Of a DNA stretch of 64,000 nt, positions 21,387 through 31,502 are shown one piece after another. The notes under the pieces are model-generated. The model was not told the origin of the DNA. It ran no database searches and worked only from the letters and a program-made list of their open reading frames with translations. Within the stretch, counting starts at the first letter, position 1. Every line of letters begins with the position of its first letter. Both the position numbers and the translations under genes were made by a program. This stretch comes from a virus: IMG/VR virus record IMGVR_UViG_3300037225_001188, positions 32,001 through 96,000 of that record. One strand, 5' to 3'.

Positions 21387-22794
21387 TTGACGCTGCCTCC
21401 AGGTTGATGACGGGGGCCACGGGGTCGTCCCCCTCGGCCACGTCGCGGACCATCGTGATGCTCGTGGCGATGGGCACCAGCGATGCCAAGCTCCCGACGT
21501 CGCGCCCGACGCCGACGCAGAACCATGACACACCCTCGGTCTTGGTGAGGTTCGTCGCCGCCTTGATGGCCGTGTCGTTGAGCAAGTCTTCGCCATCCGT
21601 GATGACCACGACGTCGGCCTTCTTCATGGCCCGGCTGGTCCGCACCAGCTCGCACGCCCGCAGGACCGGGGCGTTGAAGTCGGTGCCGCCCTCGCAGCGG
21701 TGGTCGAGGGCGTCGCTGAGGTCCTTCGGCGTGGCTCGCCCGGCCTCGATGCCGATCTCGCGGACGATGTCCCCGTTGAAGGCGACGAGGTGGAAGGACC
21801 GCCGCTGCTTGGTCGCCGTGCTAAGGAGGGCGAGCGCGACCGCCTTGCTCCAGACGTCCTTGCCGTCTTCGCGCATGGAGCTGGACTCGTCCAGCAGGAC
21901 CACGACCGGGCCGCGGGTCTCCGTCTCCCGTCCGCTCATCTCGTAAGTGAGGGCCCGCCCCTCCATGAGCTTGGCGAAGAGGGCGAGCTTGAGACGCGGG
22001 TGACGCAGGGCCACCAGCTCCGATGGCAGGAGCCGGGCGAGGTCGCTGCCCATGCCCACGCCGTGGACCTCACCCACGCCGGGCTTGACCTTGGAGCGGG
22101 CCTTGGCCGCGGCCACCCGTTCCAGCCGTCCGGCCAGCTCGGCGATGCGCTTGAGGCGGGGCGAGTCGCGGAGGCAGCGGTGCGCTTCGCGGACCGCCCG
22201 CATGTTCGCCGGGCCGGTGTTCTTCGCGACCGCGGTTCCTGGGGAGCTGATGCCGAGCGGCGTCTCCACGCCCTCCATCTCGGCCTCGGCCTCCTGCACC
22301 TGGGCGGCCGCCTGGCGCGCGGCCTTGCGAATGGTGGCGCGCAGGTCGGCGTCGGACGCCTGGCCTTGGCCTGAGCCGCCGCCCTGGCCGGGCTGAGGCT
22401 GCTCGCCGCTCTGGCCTCCCGGTTGCTGCTCCTGGCCCGGCTGTCCCTCGTCCTTCGGGGCGTCGGGCACGTGCGGGAGCAGGCTCTCCAGCATGCACTC
22501 GGTCGCGATGCCAGCGGCGAAGCCGTTGCGGGCGCACATGACGCGGAGCCGGCCCCACTCGGCCAGCTCCCCCGCCATCTCGTGCAGCTTGGTCGCCCAC
22601 TCGGGGGCGTTGTCCAGGGCCTGCGGCTCGCCTTGAAGATACAACCTGGCGTGAAGGTCGGCAGGGAACCCGGCGAACGCCGGGCCTTGCTTGCCGATGC
22701 CCGCGGTCACGAGGTCGGCCGCGGGCTGGGAGGTGGCGATGTGCTCTGACCAGAGGCGGTCGAGCCACTTGCCGGTCTTGTAGCAGAGGCCCAT
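21373..22794 (-). CDS. VWA-domain protein (ViaA/CoxE-like)
   Basis: MIDAS DESSS, GGTDF, ITDG; DLARLLPSEL. Confidence 0.9.
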   Translation of the reverse strand: MGLCYKTGKWLDRLWSEHIATSQPAADLVTAGIGKQGPAFAGFPADLHARLYLQGEPQALDNAPEWATKLHEMAGELAEWGRLRVMCARNGFAAGIATECMLESLLPHVPDAPKDEGQPGQEQQPGGQSGEQPQPGQGGGSGQGQASDADLRATIRKAARQAAAQVQEAEAEMEGVETPLGISSPGTAVAKNTGPANMRAVREAHRCLRDSPRLKRIAELAGRLERVAAAKARSKVKPGVGEVHGVGMGSDLARLLPSELVALRHPRLKLALFAKLMEGRALTYEMSGRETETRGPVVVLLDESSSMREDGKDVWSKAVALALLSTATKQRRSFHLVAFNGDIVREIGIEAGRATPKDLSDALDHRCEGGTDFNAPVLRACELVRTSRAMKKADVVVITDGEDLLNDTAIKAATNLTKTEGVSWFCVGVGRDVGSLASLVPIATSITMVRDVAEGDDPVAPVINLEAASTTAR

Positions 22795-23359
22795 GCTGGT
22801 TCTCCTCAGACGTACAACAGGAGCTTGTAGGCTCCGGTCGCGCACGCCTCATTATAGGTCTTGATGAACTCCTCAGTGCAGCCGTGCTTCCGCATGTGGC
22901 TGACGGTGCTCTCGATGAACCTGGCGCGGGCAGCGTATTCCCCAATCGGGCAGTGCAGCAGGAACTCGCATGCATCCTTGTGGGCGAACGTGGCGTACTC
23001 CATGCAGTACTGCCAGTTGATGTTATCGTCCTCGAACAGGTCGCTAGCCTCGACCTCGGCGATGACGTGGAAGCGCATGGTCTACCCCTTTTTGTTCTTG
23101 GTCTGGTTGTCGTACCGCGGGTCGCCCTTGATCTTGCTCGGCCAGTCGTGGCCGTTGTGGCAGCAGACCAGCGGGAGCTTCGTCTCCGAGTCGAGGTCCG
23201 TCATCTGTCCGTTCCAACAGACCTCAGTCTCTCCGTCCCACTCCACGTCGTTGCCGCCGGTAGGACAGCCGTCGAACAGAGCGATGCCTGGGATGGTGTC
23301 GCAGGTCCCGATGGCGGGCTCGCCGCACGTCGGGCAGATCGGTTTGCTGAGCTTCATGG

Positions 23360-24505
23360 CTATGCCACGCTTCCCGGCGCCATGTGCAGCCGCGAGAGGG
23401 ACTGGAGGGCGAGCTGCGAGAGCGCTCGGTGCCAGGTCTGCACTTTCTGCAGCGCCGCCTTGGCGCGGGCCGTCTTCTTCTCCGGGACGCCGGCGATCTT
23501 CGTCTCGAGGCGCGAGTGGATGTCGCCGAGCTGCCGGAGCAGCGGCTCGAGCGCCTGGGTGAGCTGCGGGTTGTCGATGGTCGGGCGCTGGTCGTAGAGG
23601 TCCTTCGCCGCGTCCTCCAGCTCGACAGCCTCCAGGTTGAGCGGGTTGGCGACCTTCGCCACGACGCGCTCGACGACGCGGATCTGCGCGGGCTCGGTCC
23701 ACAGGGAGTGGACGAGGACCTCGCAGTGGTCGGCGCTGGTCTCCGTTTCGCCGTCGAGGAAAGCCTTGGCGCGGAGGAGCTTGCCGCACGCCTTCCAGCG
23801 GCGGTCGCTGGCGCTGACGCCTTCCTCTTCGAGCCCGTGCTTGATGTTGATGAGCCCATCCACCGTGTCGTCGGTGAGCGGCGTCATCGCCACGAGGCGC
23901 TGCGCCTCGGCCAGCTCGACGAGGGAGACGGTGGCGTTGACCGAGGTGGCGTTGCAGCGGAGCAGCATCTTGAGGCTGTCGTCATCGGCGAGCGGCTGGA
24001 CCACGAGGCGCACGAGGAAGCGGTCGTACATGGCGCCGAGGCTGGCGTCCTCGGGCAGCTCGTTCGAGGCTCCGACCATGGAGAGCAGCTTCGCGGGCAC
24101 CGCCGCCCCCGCCTCGTGGTAGACGCGCTCGTTCATCAGGCTGAGCATGGAGTTCAGGATGGCCGAATTCGCCTTCATGCATTCGTCGACGAAAACGAGA
24201 TGCGCGTCGACGATGCTGCCCTTGATGATGCGCTTGTACTCGTCGTGCTCCAGGGCGCTGAGGCTGAGCGGCCCGAAGAGTTCCTCGGGGGTAGAGAAGC
24301 GGGTGAGCAGCCGCTCGAAGTAGGTGGCGCCCGTGATGCGCTCGCACACGGAGCGCACGAGCATCGACTTCGCGGTCCCGGGAGGGCCGAGGAGCAGCAG
24401 GTGCTCCCGGGTGAGGAGCGCGAGGAGCGCGGCCTCGACGGCGGTCTCACGCTCGAGCAGGTTCGCGTTGAGGTCCTGGGCGAGAGCGATGATCTTCTGG
24501 TGCAT
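23360..24505 (-). CDS. MoxR-family AAA+ ATPase (RavA-like)
   Basis: GPPGTAKS, FVDECMKANSAILN, ASNELP, DRF, SDRRW. Confidence 0.92.
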   Translation of the reverse strand: MHQKIIALAQDLNANLLERETAVEAALLALLTREHLLLLGPPGTAKSMLVRSVCERITGATYFERLLTRFSTPEELFGPLSLSALEHDEYKRIIKGSIVDAHLVFVDECMKANSAILNSMLSLMNERVYHEAGAAVPAKLLSMVGASNELPEDASLGAMYDRFLVRLVVQPLADDDSLKMLLRCNATSVNATVSLVELAEAQRLVAMTPLTDDTVDGLINIKHGLEEEGVSASDRRWKACGKLLRAKAFLDGETETSADHCEVLVHSLWTEPAQIRVVERVVAKVANPLNLEAVELEDAAKDLYDQRPTIDNPQLTQALEPLLRQLGDIHSRLETKIAGVPEKKTARAKAALQKVQTWHRALSQLALQSLSRLHMAPGSVA

Positions 24506-24554
24506 GGTGACTGCCTTTCTCCAGGTTGGCAGAACCTGGGTTGCGGTGCTGCGT

Positions 24555-24590
24555 TGGCCGGACCACGACGAGTCGAACGTCGAGGCCCGG
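24555..24590 (-). ncRNA. tRNA-like minihelix 1
   Basis: CCGGGCC-T-CGACG-TTCGACT-CGTCG-T-GGTCCGG-CCA. Confidence 0.75.
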
Positions 24591-24791
24591 GGTACTATCG
24601 AGCCAGGGCTCCGAGCCCTGCTCTATCCTGGCAGCTTCCCCATTCCGCTCAGGCCGAAGATGAGTCCAAGCGCAAAGGCCATCAGCACGAAGGCGATGCC
24701 GGCCAGGATGGTTCCATTCATCACGGCCGTCTGGACCACGCGCCGTAGCTCGCCCGCCGTCAATTGCGTAGCTGGTTTGAGATTGTCCATC

Positions 24792-26009
24792 TCAGTTCCC
24801 CTTGGTGAAGACGCCGAGCTGCGCCAGCGCGACCGCGTTCGAGTACACGTTGCCGCCGCTCATCGTCAGGCGCAGCGACACCTCGTGGCCCACGGGACCG
24901 CTGTTCTGCACGACGACCTTGACCTTGCCGCTCACCATCGGCTTGCCGCTGAGGCCCATCGCGCTCATCCGCAGCACGGCCTCGCGTGCCGCCGCCTCGC
25001 TGCTCGTGAACAGCATGGTGCCGTCAGTCTCGACGAGCTGCTGCTGGAAGCAGGCCCCGCCGAAGGACAGGCGCAGGCCCTCGGGCGACGCGGCCGCCGC
25101 CTTGACCTCGGGCGCCGTCTCCGCCACCGGCGTCGAGCCGTTGCCGCCGCGGTGGAGGACGACGCTCTTGCGGATGTCCAGCATGGCGTTCACCTTGATA
25201 TCCAGGTCGGCAAGGACCTTGACTGCCTGTTCCACGCCGATGCCGAGCGCCGCCTTGTACAGACCAGCACGCTCGCGCAGGGCCTGGTACTCCTCGAGCC
25301 GCTTGGTGTATGTCGACGGCTTCTGCGTCCCGTCGAACGCCGCCGCCTCCTCCTCCAGCTTCTGGAGCTGCTCGGCCAGGCTCTCGCTGGCCACGGCCTG
25401 GACGACGACCTGGGCCTCGGCCTCCACCTCGCAGAGGACGAGGTCGATGCCGACCTCGGAGATGAACGCGCCGAAGCGTCGGATGGCGTCGAGGCGCTGC
25501 GGCGGCGCCCAGTAGATGCGGCCGTCGCCGCGCACCCGGGAGGCGTCGTGCGCCTCGAAGTAGGCGGAGATGGACTTGGTCCAATCGTCGGCGACCACCT
25601 TCCCGCGCAGGTCCTGGTACTTCACCGCCACCCGCTTGGCGACGTCGTGCTCGCCTTGGACGACGCTCGGGTCCGGCTCGGCCTGCCACCGCAGGGCGGC
25701 GAGGAACTCCGGGTTCTGCCCCTGCGCCAGCTTCACCTTGTCAGCCTCGACGATACCCCATGTCACCTCGTCCCCCTTCTGGACGATCGGAAGCAGCACC
25801 AGGTTCTCCTTCTGCTGGAGGCCCGCCTTCACGCTGTCGATGGCCCGGCTGACGGCGGTGCGGTCGCCAGCGTAGCTGGGGATGTACTTCTCGTCGATGC
25901 CGTGCTTGACGGCGAGGGCCGCGACCTCCTCGGTGGAGACGGCGTTGATGCCGCGGGCGCGGGTGAACACGAACGCGCCCTGAGAGAACTTGCTGGTCGT
26001 GGTTGCCAT
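24792..26009 (-). CDS. Conserved phage protein upstream of AAA/VWA (DUF6744/DUF3150-like)
   Basis: RGDGRIYWAP motif, coiled-coil C-terminus, synteny with the AAA+VWA pair. Confidence 0.55.
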   Translation of the reverse strand: MATTTSKFSQGAFVFTRARGINAVSTEEVAALAVKHGIDEKYIPSYAGDRTAVSRAIDSVKAGLQQKENLVLLPIVQKGDEVTWGIVEADKVKLAQGQNPEFLAALRWQAEPDPSVVQGEHDVAKRVAVKYQDLRGKVVADDWTKSISAYFEAHDASRVRGDGRIYWAPPQRLDAIRRFGAFISEVGIDLVLCEVEAEAQVVVQAVASESLAEQLQKLEEEAAAFDGTQKPSTYTKRLEEYQALRERAGLYKAALGIGVEQAVKVLADLDIKVNAMLDIRKSVVLHRGGNGSTPVAETAPEVKAAAASPEGLRLSFGGACFQQQLVETDGTMLFTSSEAAAREAVLRMSAMGLSGKPMVSGKVKVVVQNSGPVGHEVSLRLTMSGGNVYSNAVALAQLGVFTKGN

Positions 26010-26073
26010 GTTGCTTGGTCCCTTCTCCCGGCGAGGAGCGCCGGGGTGTGAGGTGGGTGGGCCTACTTACTCG

Positions 26074-26115
26074 CGGCAAGAGGGCCGCCGCCTTTAGGCG
26101 GTGGATGAATTGCCG
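26074..26115 (+). mobile_element. Third IS200/IS605-type end hairpin, truncating a small leftward ORF (MTYKIVRYFF...)
   Basis: CGGCAA..CCGCC-TTTA-GGCGG..TTGCCG nested hairpin. Confidence 0.55.
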
Positions 26116-26195
26116 CAGGGAATGTAGCTGGACTCCGGGTCCGTGGTGCGCTTCTTGCCCTTGAAGAAGTACCTGACGATCTTGTAGGTCATCAG

Positions 26196-26786
26196 CTACG
26201 CCTCCATCAGCAGTTGCGATAGGCACGCGAGGGCGGAATCCATGAATGCAGCCCTCGCCACAGCCCACGCCGCAGCCCCCGCCGCAGCCCCCGCCGCAGC
26301 CGACGCCGCAGCCCCCGCCGCATCCCACGCCGCAGCCCCCGCCGCAGCCCCCGCCGCAGCCCCCGCCGCAGCCCCCGCCGCATCCCACGCCGCATCCCAC
26401 GCCGCAGCCGACGCCGCATCCGACGCCGCATCCCACGCCGCAGCCCCCGCCGACGCCGCATCCCACGCCGCATCCGCCATCTCCTCTTGGCTCACGCTCT
26501 CCGGGTCCTCGACGCACCGCCGCACGACCGCGAGGCACTGCGCCACGCGCGGATCGGTGCTTAGGTGCGCAACCTGCTCCGCGCACCAGAGCGCGTACGC
26601 CCGCTGGGACCCCGGCCCTTCGTCGGACAGGACGTGCCAGAGCCACCACGAGTCTAGCCCCTCAGCGGCGAGGTCGAACAGCGTCTCCACCGTCGGCTCG
26701 CAGCCGGCGGGATAGAGGTTCTTGAAGGCGTCGCGCTGCCCCTCGCAGGCGCCGTGCTTCACGAGCAGGTCGTAGGTGATCTTCAT
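26196..26786 (-). CDS. Protein with AAWDAA/AAGAA low-complexity repeats
   Basis: LLVKHGACE N-terminus; mosaic 12-nt repeat tract at about 26260-26475. Confidence 0.75.
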   Translation of the reverse strand: MKITYDLLVKHGACEGQRDAFKNLYPAGCEPTVETLFDLAAEGLDSWWLWHVLSDEGPGSQRAYALWCAEQVAHLSTDPRVAQCLAVVRRCVEDPESVSQEEMADAAWDAASAGAAAWDAASDAASAAAWDAAWDAAGAAAGAAAGAAAGAAAWDAAGAAASAAAGAAAGAAAWAVARAAFMDSALACLSQLLMEA

Positions 26787-27280
26787 GGCCGGTCTCCTTT
26801 ACGCCTGGTTCAAGCTGCGGAGGTAGCGGAGGTAGTGGACGCTCTCGACGATGGCGTCCTGCATGAGGCTCGCCTCGTACCGCGCGCTGCACGCCGCGGC
26901 GATGAACTGCGCCTGCGACCGGTGGTTCTTCTTCGCCTTGGCCGCCTGTTCCAGGGCCGCCATCTCCTGCCGGTGGGCCGCGACCTTCGCCATGATCGCC
27001 ACGTCCCGCTCGTACTTCGCTGCCCGCACGGCCCGGCGGCGGGCGAGGTAGGCGGAGTCGAGGTCGCGGAGCCACGCCATGATGGTGGTTACGGCCATGA
27101 CCGCGGGGTTGCTCTGGAGGATGCGGTTGCCGATGGAGACGGTCATGTTCTGCTTCATGTTCTGCATTTGCATGGTCCTTCTCCAGGCTCGACGGCCTGG
27201 TGTTGTTGCTTGACAACTGCTGCGTGTAGCGGTAGGTTAGCGCTGTTCACTTGGCCAAACAAGAATACAGGAGCTACGAG

Positions 27281-27493
27281 ATGGCGACGAAGAAGACCGA
27301 AGGCAAGATGCGGCGCGGCATGCAGTTCGTGCTCGGCGAGGACGGGCAGCCGGTGCGGTGCCCGAAGTGCAAGCAGAAGATCCGCGAGGTGAGCCCGAAG
27401 AAGCTGCTCACCAAGGAGGAGGTCATCAAGCGAGAGGCCAGGATCGCCAAGATGCAGGCGAACCTGGAGGAGATCAAGCTCATCAACAAGTAG
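27281..27493 (+). CDS. Small basic CxxC protein transcribed against the local gene flow
   Basis: Own TTGACA-N17-TAGGTT promoter near 27210; AGGAG RBS. Confidence 0.6.
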   Translation: MATKKTEGKMRRGMQFVLGEDGQPVRCPKCKQKIREVSPKKLLTKEEVIKREARIAKMQANLEEIKLINK

Positions 27494-28117
27494 CACCACC
27501 GCTCCACGATGAGGGCGAGCCGTCTCGCCCCCACCATGCAACGCTAGGTACTGCCTACCCCTCCACCATTAGCACGGTGTTCTCTCCCGGCACCCACATG
27601 GTCATCAGCACCTTGGTGATGCCGAAGTCCCGCAGGTTGGCGAGCTGGTTCTCCAGGCTGTGGCGCCTGGTGGACAGCTCGACCTCCCGCTCGAAGGCGT
27701 CGAGGAACTCGGGCTGGCTGACCGAGTAGAGCCACTTCCTGGCAGTGGCCTCGGCCAACTGGAGGATCGTCTCGTGGAGCTTCTCCTGTATGATGGCCTT
27801 GGCCTGGGCATAGGTGACACCGATCGGAGACATGGTGGTGGCCTTTCTCCGGCGTGGAGCGCCGGCTTTGCGGAGCTGCTGGCTGGTCTGGCTGCGGACG
27901 TCGAGGTAGAAGCGGAGCCCCTTCATGCTGAGGCCGTCGCAGTTCTCTGGGACCTCGGCGATGCAGGCGACGGCCCGCTCCTCGACCCAGAGGTCCTGCT
28001 GCACGGAGAGGCAGAGCACGAGGACGATGGCGGGGAGCAGGGCGGACGCGAGCATGACGGTCTCGAGCATGGGTGAGCCCTTCTCCGGCGTCAGGCGCCG
28101 GGCTTGACGTATGGCGT

Positions 28118-28166
28118 TGGCCCGCGGCGGCCGGAGTCGAACCGGCCTGACCTCACCGTCCGCGGG
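28118..28166 (-). ncRNA. tRNA-like element 2
   Basis: CCCGCGG...GCCGG-TTCGACT-CCGGC-CG-CCGCGGG-CCA. Confidence 0.75.
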
Positions 28167-28173
28167 ATGCTAC

Positions 28174-28446
28174 CTACTCGGTCTCGAGCCCGGCGAGCGC
28201 GAAGATCTCCTCCTTCTCGTCGTCATCTAGCCCCTCCCCGTACTGCTCGATCAGCACGGCCGGGTCCCCGATCTCCCAGCGGTGGCCGTTGCTCCACTGC
28301 GAGGGCGTCTCGCAGTACCACGTCCCCTTGCTGGACAGGTACAGGTCCCCGGTGTGGAGGTTGTGCCCGTCGTGGTAGTTCAGGCTCCACGACTTCTTCG
28401 CCTTCTCCGTGTCGAACCTGTGGCCCTCGATCAGAACGATGCTTAT
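28174..28446 (-). CDS. Small phage protein with ATA in the start position (missed by the ORF track)
   Basis: (M)SIVLIEGHRFDTEKAKK...LYLSSKGTWY, 90 aa, high-GC codon pattern. Confidence 0.65.
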   Translation of the reverse strand: MSIVLIEGHRFDTEKAKKSWSLNYHDGHNLHTGDLYLSSKGTWYCETPSQWSNGHRWEIGDPAVLIEQYGEGLDDDEKEEIFALAGLETE

Positions 28447-28493
28447 GGTGCTCTCGCTTTCTGGGGGGTTGCCCCTGCCGGGGTTGCCGGCTC

Positions 28494-28545
28494 TAGCCCT
28501 GCCGCCCGGGAGTCGAACCCGGAGCGGTCTCCGATTGCGGCAGGG
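28494..28545 (-). ncRNA. tRNA-like element 3
   Basis: CCCTGCCGC...CCGGG-TTCGACT-CCCGG-GCGGCAGGG-CTA. Confidence 0.75.
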
Positions 28546-28553
28546 GTTCTGCG

Positions 28554-29003
28554 CTACGCCGGCTCCTTCGGCGCGGCGAAGCTCTCCGCCGCGGCGGTGG
28601 CGGCCTTGGCGTTCGCGGCGTCGGGCTTCGAGCCGCAGACCACGAGGTTGACGCCGACCTGGTAACCGGTCGCCTTGGTCGTCGAGCCCGGCTTGCTGCC
28701 CATCTTGACGAGGTTGCCGGAGACCTGCAGCGTGACGGGCACGCCGGCGATGGTGGTCTCGACCTTGCCGCCGATGCGGCTCCCGGTCGAGCCGGTCGAG
28801 AACGCCTTGGCCTCGGGCTTGAACTCGACGCCGAGGACCGCGACCTTCTCTGCGGTCGGGCTCTTGCCAGAGGCGTACCAGCCCAGGCTTCCCGTCGAGA
28901 AGCGACGGGGCAAGGCGACGATGCTGGTGTCGTCGATGGCGAGGGCGAGCGGGGCGGCGGCGGCGAGGAACTCGGACTCGGTCATGTTGAACTTGGTGGT
29001 CAT
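28554..29003 (-). CDS. Conserved hypothetical protein with duplicated FSTGS and NL..GSK motifs
   Basis: FSTGSLGWY / FSTGSTGS and LQVSGNLVKMGSK / YQVGVNLVVCGSK. Confidence 0.7.
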   Translation of the reverse strand: MTTKFNMTESEFLAAAAPLALAIDDTSIVALPRRFSTGSLGWYASGKSPTAEKVAVLGVEFKPEAKAFSTGSTGSRIGGKVETTIAGVPVTLQVSGNLVKMGSKPGSTTKATGYQVGVNLVVCGSKPDAANAKAATAAAESFAAPKEPA

Positions 29004-29082
29004 GTCGTGCTCCTTCTCCCGGTTGGAAGAACTGGGTTGGTCTTGGTCGCTACGCCCGCGGCGAAGCACTCGTCGCAGGCAG

Positions 29083-29124
29083 CGGCCGCCCGTGCCGGAG
29101 TTGAACCGGCGAGCCGTCGGGCGG
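29083..29124 (-). ncRNA. tRNA-like element 4
   Basis: CCGCCCG...GCCGG-TTCAACT-CCGGC-A-CGGGCGG-CCG. Confidence 0.7.
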
Positions 29125-29148
29125 GTGCTACGTTCTCCAGGAACCGTG

Positions 29149-29988
29149 CTACTTGATGAGCGGGTTGCCGTTGCTCCGCAGCCCGCTATCGCTGAGGTAG
29201 CCGTCGTTGCTCAGCTTCACCACCTCCGACGCACGCTCTCGCACCACCTCCGGCGTGAGGCCGGCGAGCATGGAGAGAAACGCAGCCGGCACCGACCCGC
29301 ACTGCGTCACGTTCTTCGGGTCGATGAGGCGGATGTACATGTGCCCCAGCTCGAGGTGCAGCTCCATCACCACCAGCCGCCCGGCCACGTCCTCGGACCC
29401 GGTGACCCGCCCCATGACGAGGCCGGTTGCGTGACCCTCGGTCCCGCCGACGAACGTGACCTTGTAGCCGATCATGGAGCCGACCGCCGCCTCGTGGCTG
29501 CTCAGGCTGCCGGTGCTGATGCCCGGCAGGTACACCTCGCGGCTGTCGAAGTCGAGGTCGCGGCAGTACTGGACGCCGCGCAGCAGGTGCTTCTTGACGG
29601 ACGCCTGCGGCTGCCGGCTCTTGAGCAGGGCCTTGCCCCACTCGTGCAGCGTCAGGCCCTCTGACCCGGCGGAGTTGTGCCCGCCCTCGCCCTTCCAGTA
29701 CGCCTCCTCGATCTCCGGCGGCAGCTTGGTGAGGCAGCCGCGGTTCCAGGAGCGCACCTCGTAGAGGCTCAGCGGCAGGCCGTCGCCGCCGTAGGTCCCG
29801 CTGAGGGAGACCTCCTGGTCGCCGAGGTGCAGCGTGCCGCCCATGAATTGGCCGCACTGGCGCATGGAGACGTGGCGCACGATGCCGTAGAGGCCCTCCT
29901 TCTTGCTACCGAAGAGGACGAGGAACTGTCCGGCGGCAAGCTGCTCGCCGTCCTTGCTGTAGCCCCTGCGCGAGTTGGTGATGAACAT
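29149..29988 (-). CDS. Hypothetical protein
   Basis: MFITNSRRG start after a hairpin-RBS leader. Confidence 0.65.
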   Translation of the reverse strand: MFITNSRRGYSKDGEQLAAGQFLVLFGSKKEGLYGIVRHVSMRQCGQFMGGTLHLGDQEVSLSGTYGGDGLPLSLYEVRSWNRGCLTKLPPEIEEAYWKGEGGHNSAGSEGLTLHEWGKALLKSRQPQASVKKHLLRGVQYCRDLDFDSREVYLPGISTGSLSSHEAAVGSMIGYKVTFVGGTEGHATGLVMGRVTGSEDVAGRLVVMELHLELGHMYIRLIDPKNVTQCGSVPAAFLSMLAGLTPEVVRERASEVVKLSNDGYLSDSGLRSNGNPLIK

Positions 29989-30027
29989 CTGCGTGCTCCT
30001 TCTCCCGGCTCGTGGCCGGGTGAACGT

Positions 30028-30074
30028 TGGTCGGGCCGGCGCGAGTCGGACGCGCCTCGGTCTCCGATGGCCCG
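30028..30074 (-). ncRNA. tRNA-like element 5
   Basis: CGGGCC-ATCGGAGACCGA-GGCGCG-TCCGACT-CGCGCC-GGCCCG-ACCA. Confidence 0.75.
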
Positions 30075-31502
30075 CACAGCAAGGAGCCCCGGCAACATCA
30101 CGCTGCCGGGGCTCCGGTACTTCGTCCACGGTTCCATGTCGGTGAGGCCAGGGTCCGCAGCGGACCTACCATCCTCACCCTGCAGCATCTATCGGCGCTC
30201 GCCTCTAGGCGGGGGTGCCAGCCCGTGCGCGCCTCAGCGTCTCAACTCCTGCCGTCTCGTGGTGGCCGGTCGCTTGGAGCAACTCATGGTGTCGGGCTCG
30301 TGCCCATCCAACAGAGGCCCCAGCGTACCATGCCGGTGGAGTGATGGTCTAGTCGTCGCCCCGCTTGCGTCGCGCCTCGCAGTACGAGCGCAGGATGGAG
30401 TAGCGCTCAGGGTGCATCTTGATGAGCTGCTCCACCTCGCTCAGCGTGAGCGGGTTGGGCCCCGTCTGCACCTCGTTGAAGGTGCGGAGGACGATGCGGA
30501 TGCGTTCATCGGCGTTCTGGCACATGCGCTTCTGGCCGGCGGTCGTGGCGTTGAACGCCTTCTCGATCTTCGCGTTGAGGCACATGCTACTCGTCCTCAT
30601 TGCTCTCTTTGCCGCACTCGCAGTCGTCCTCGAACTCGCCGCACTCCGAGCAGCCGTGGTGCTCCTTGAGCTGGGAGACCACCGCCTCCTCGGTGTCGCC
30701 GGTCTCCCAGTCGGTGCAGTCGAGGTAGCCGGGCGCGCTCATCCGCCCGACCCAGCCGTGGCAGCGCTCGATGGAGTACGCCTTCCGGTTCTCGCAGTAG
30801 TCGGCCAGCTCGGGCGGGACGAGGAAGGGGCCGTCCGGGTACTCGACCCGGACCCAGCTGCCGGCCGGGTCGCTCTCCGTGACCTCGGCGTCGTGCCGCA
30901 TCTCCGGGGTCGGGGTGAAGTCGGCCACGTCGCACGGGATGACGTCGGTGCCTGACGGGCCGTCGACCAGCAGGTAGTCGGTCTCGTAGGCGGTCGGCTG
31001 CATGAAGCTCATGGTCTCCTCCAGTTGTACACCGCGGCCCCGAGCCGGCGGTTCATCTCCAGGTACACGTCGAGCGGGGCGTACATCAGGCCGCCCCACG
31101 TGCCGTCCGCCCGCGGTGGCTCGTCGCGCCCCGGCACGCACAGCGGGAGCTTCAGCGTCGCCATGATGTGGCCATCGTCGATGACCATGGTGTTGACGCC
31201 CGGCACGCCGCAGATCAACGCGGCCTTGACGCGGCCGTTCCGCATCCCGCCGTAGCCCTGGTGACTGACGGTGGAGTCGGGGCCCGTGCGGTACTCGATG
31301 CTGTACCCGCCGCGGCCCACGTGAAAGTGCCCGCCGGCGGCCGCGGCCCGGAGCATCCTGAGGTCGCTGCGCATACTCTCCCGCTCCAGGCCGGCGGCCT
31401 TCTCCACCTGCCCGTCCTCACGGAGCTTGCGGTAGTACCACCAGCCCTTGGCCTCCCGGCGGAGTAGCCGGAGGAGGTGGTGGGCCCGGCGTGCGGTGGT
31501 CA

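Larger units (their letters stand above)
20148..21391 (+). mobile_element. TnpB-only IS200/IS605-family element (IS1341-like)
   Basis: Hairpin left end; right end ...CTTCAGCGGGCGGTAGTTGAC; removal restores a GGAGG-N4-ATGA gene overlap. Confidence 0.88.
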
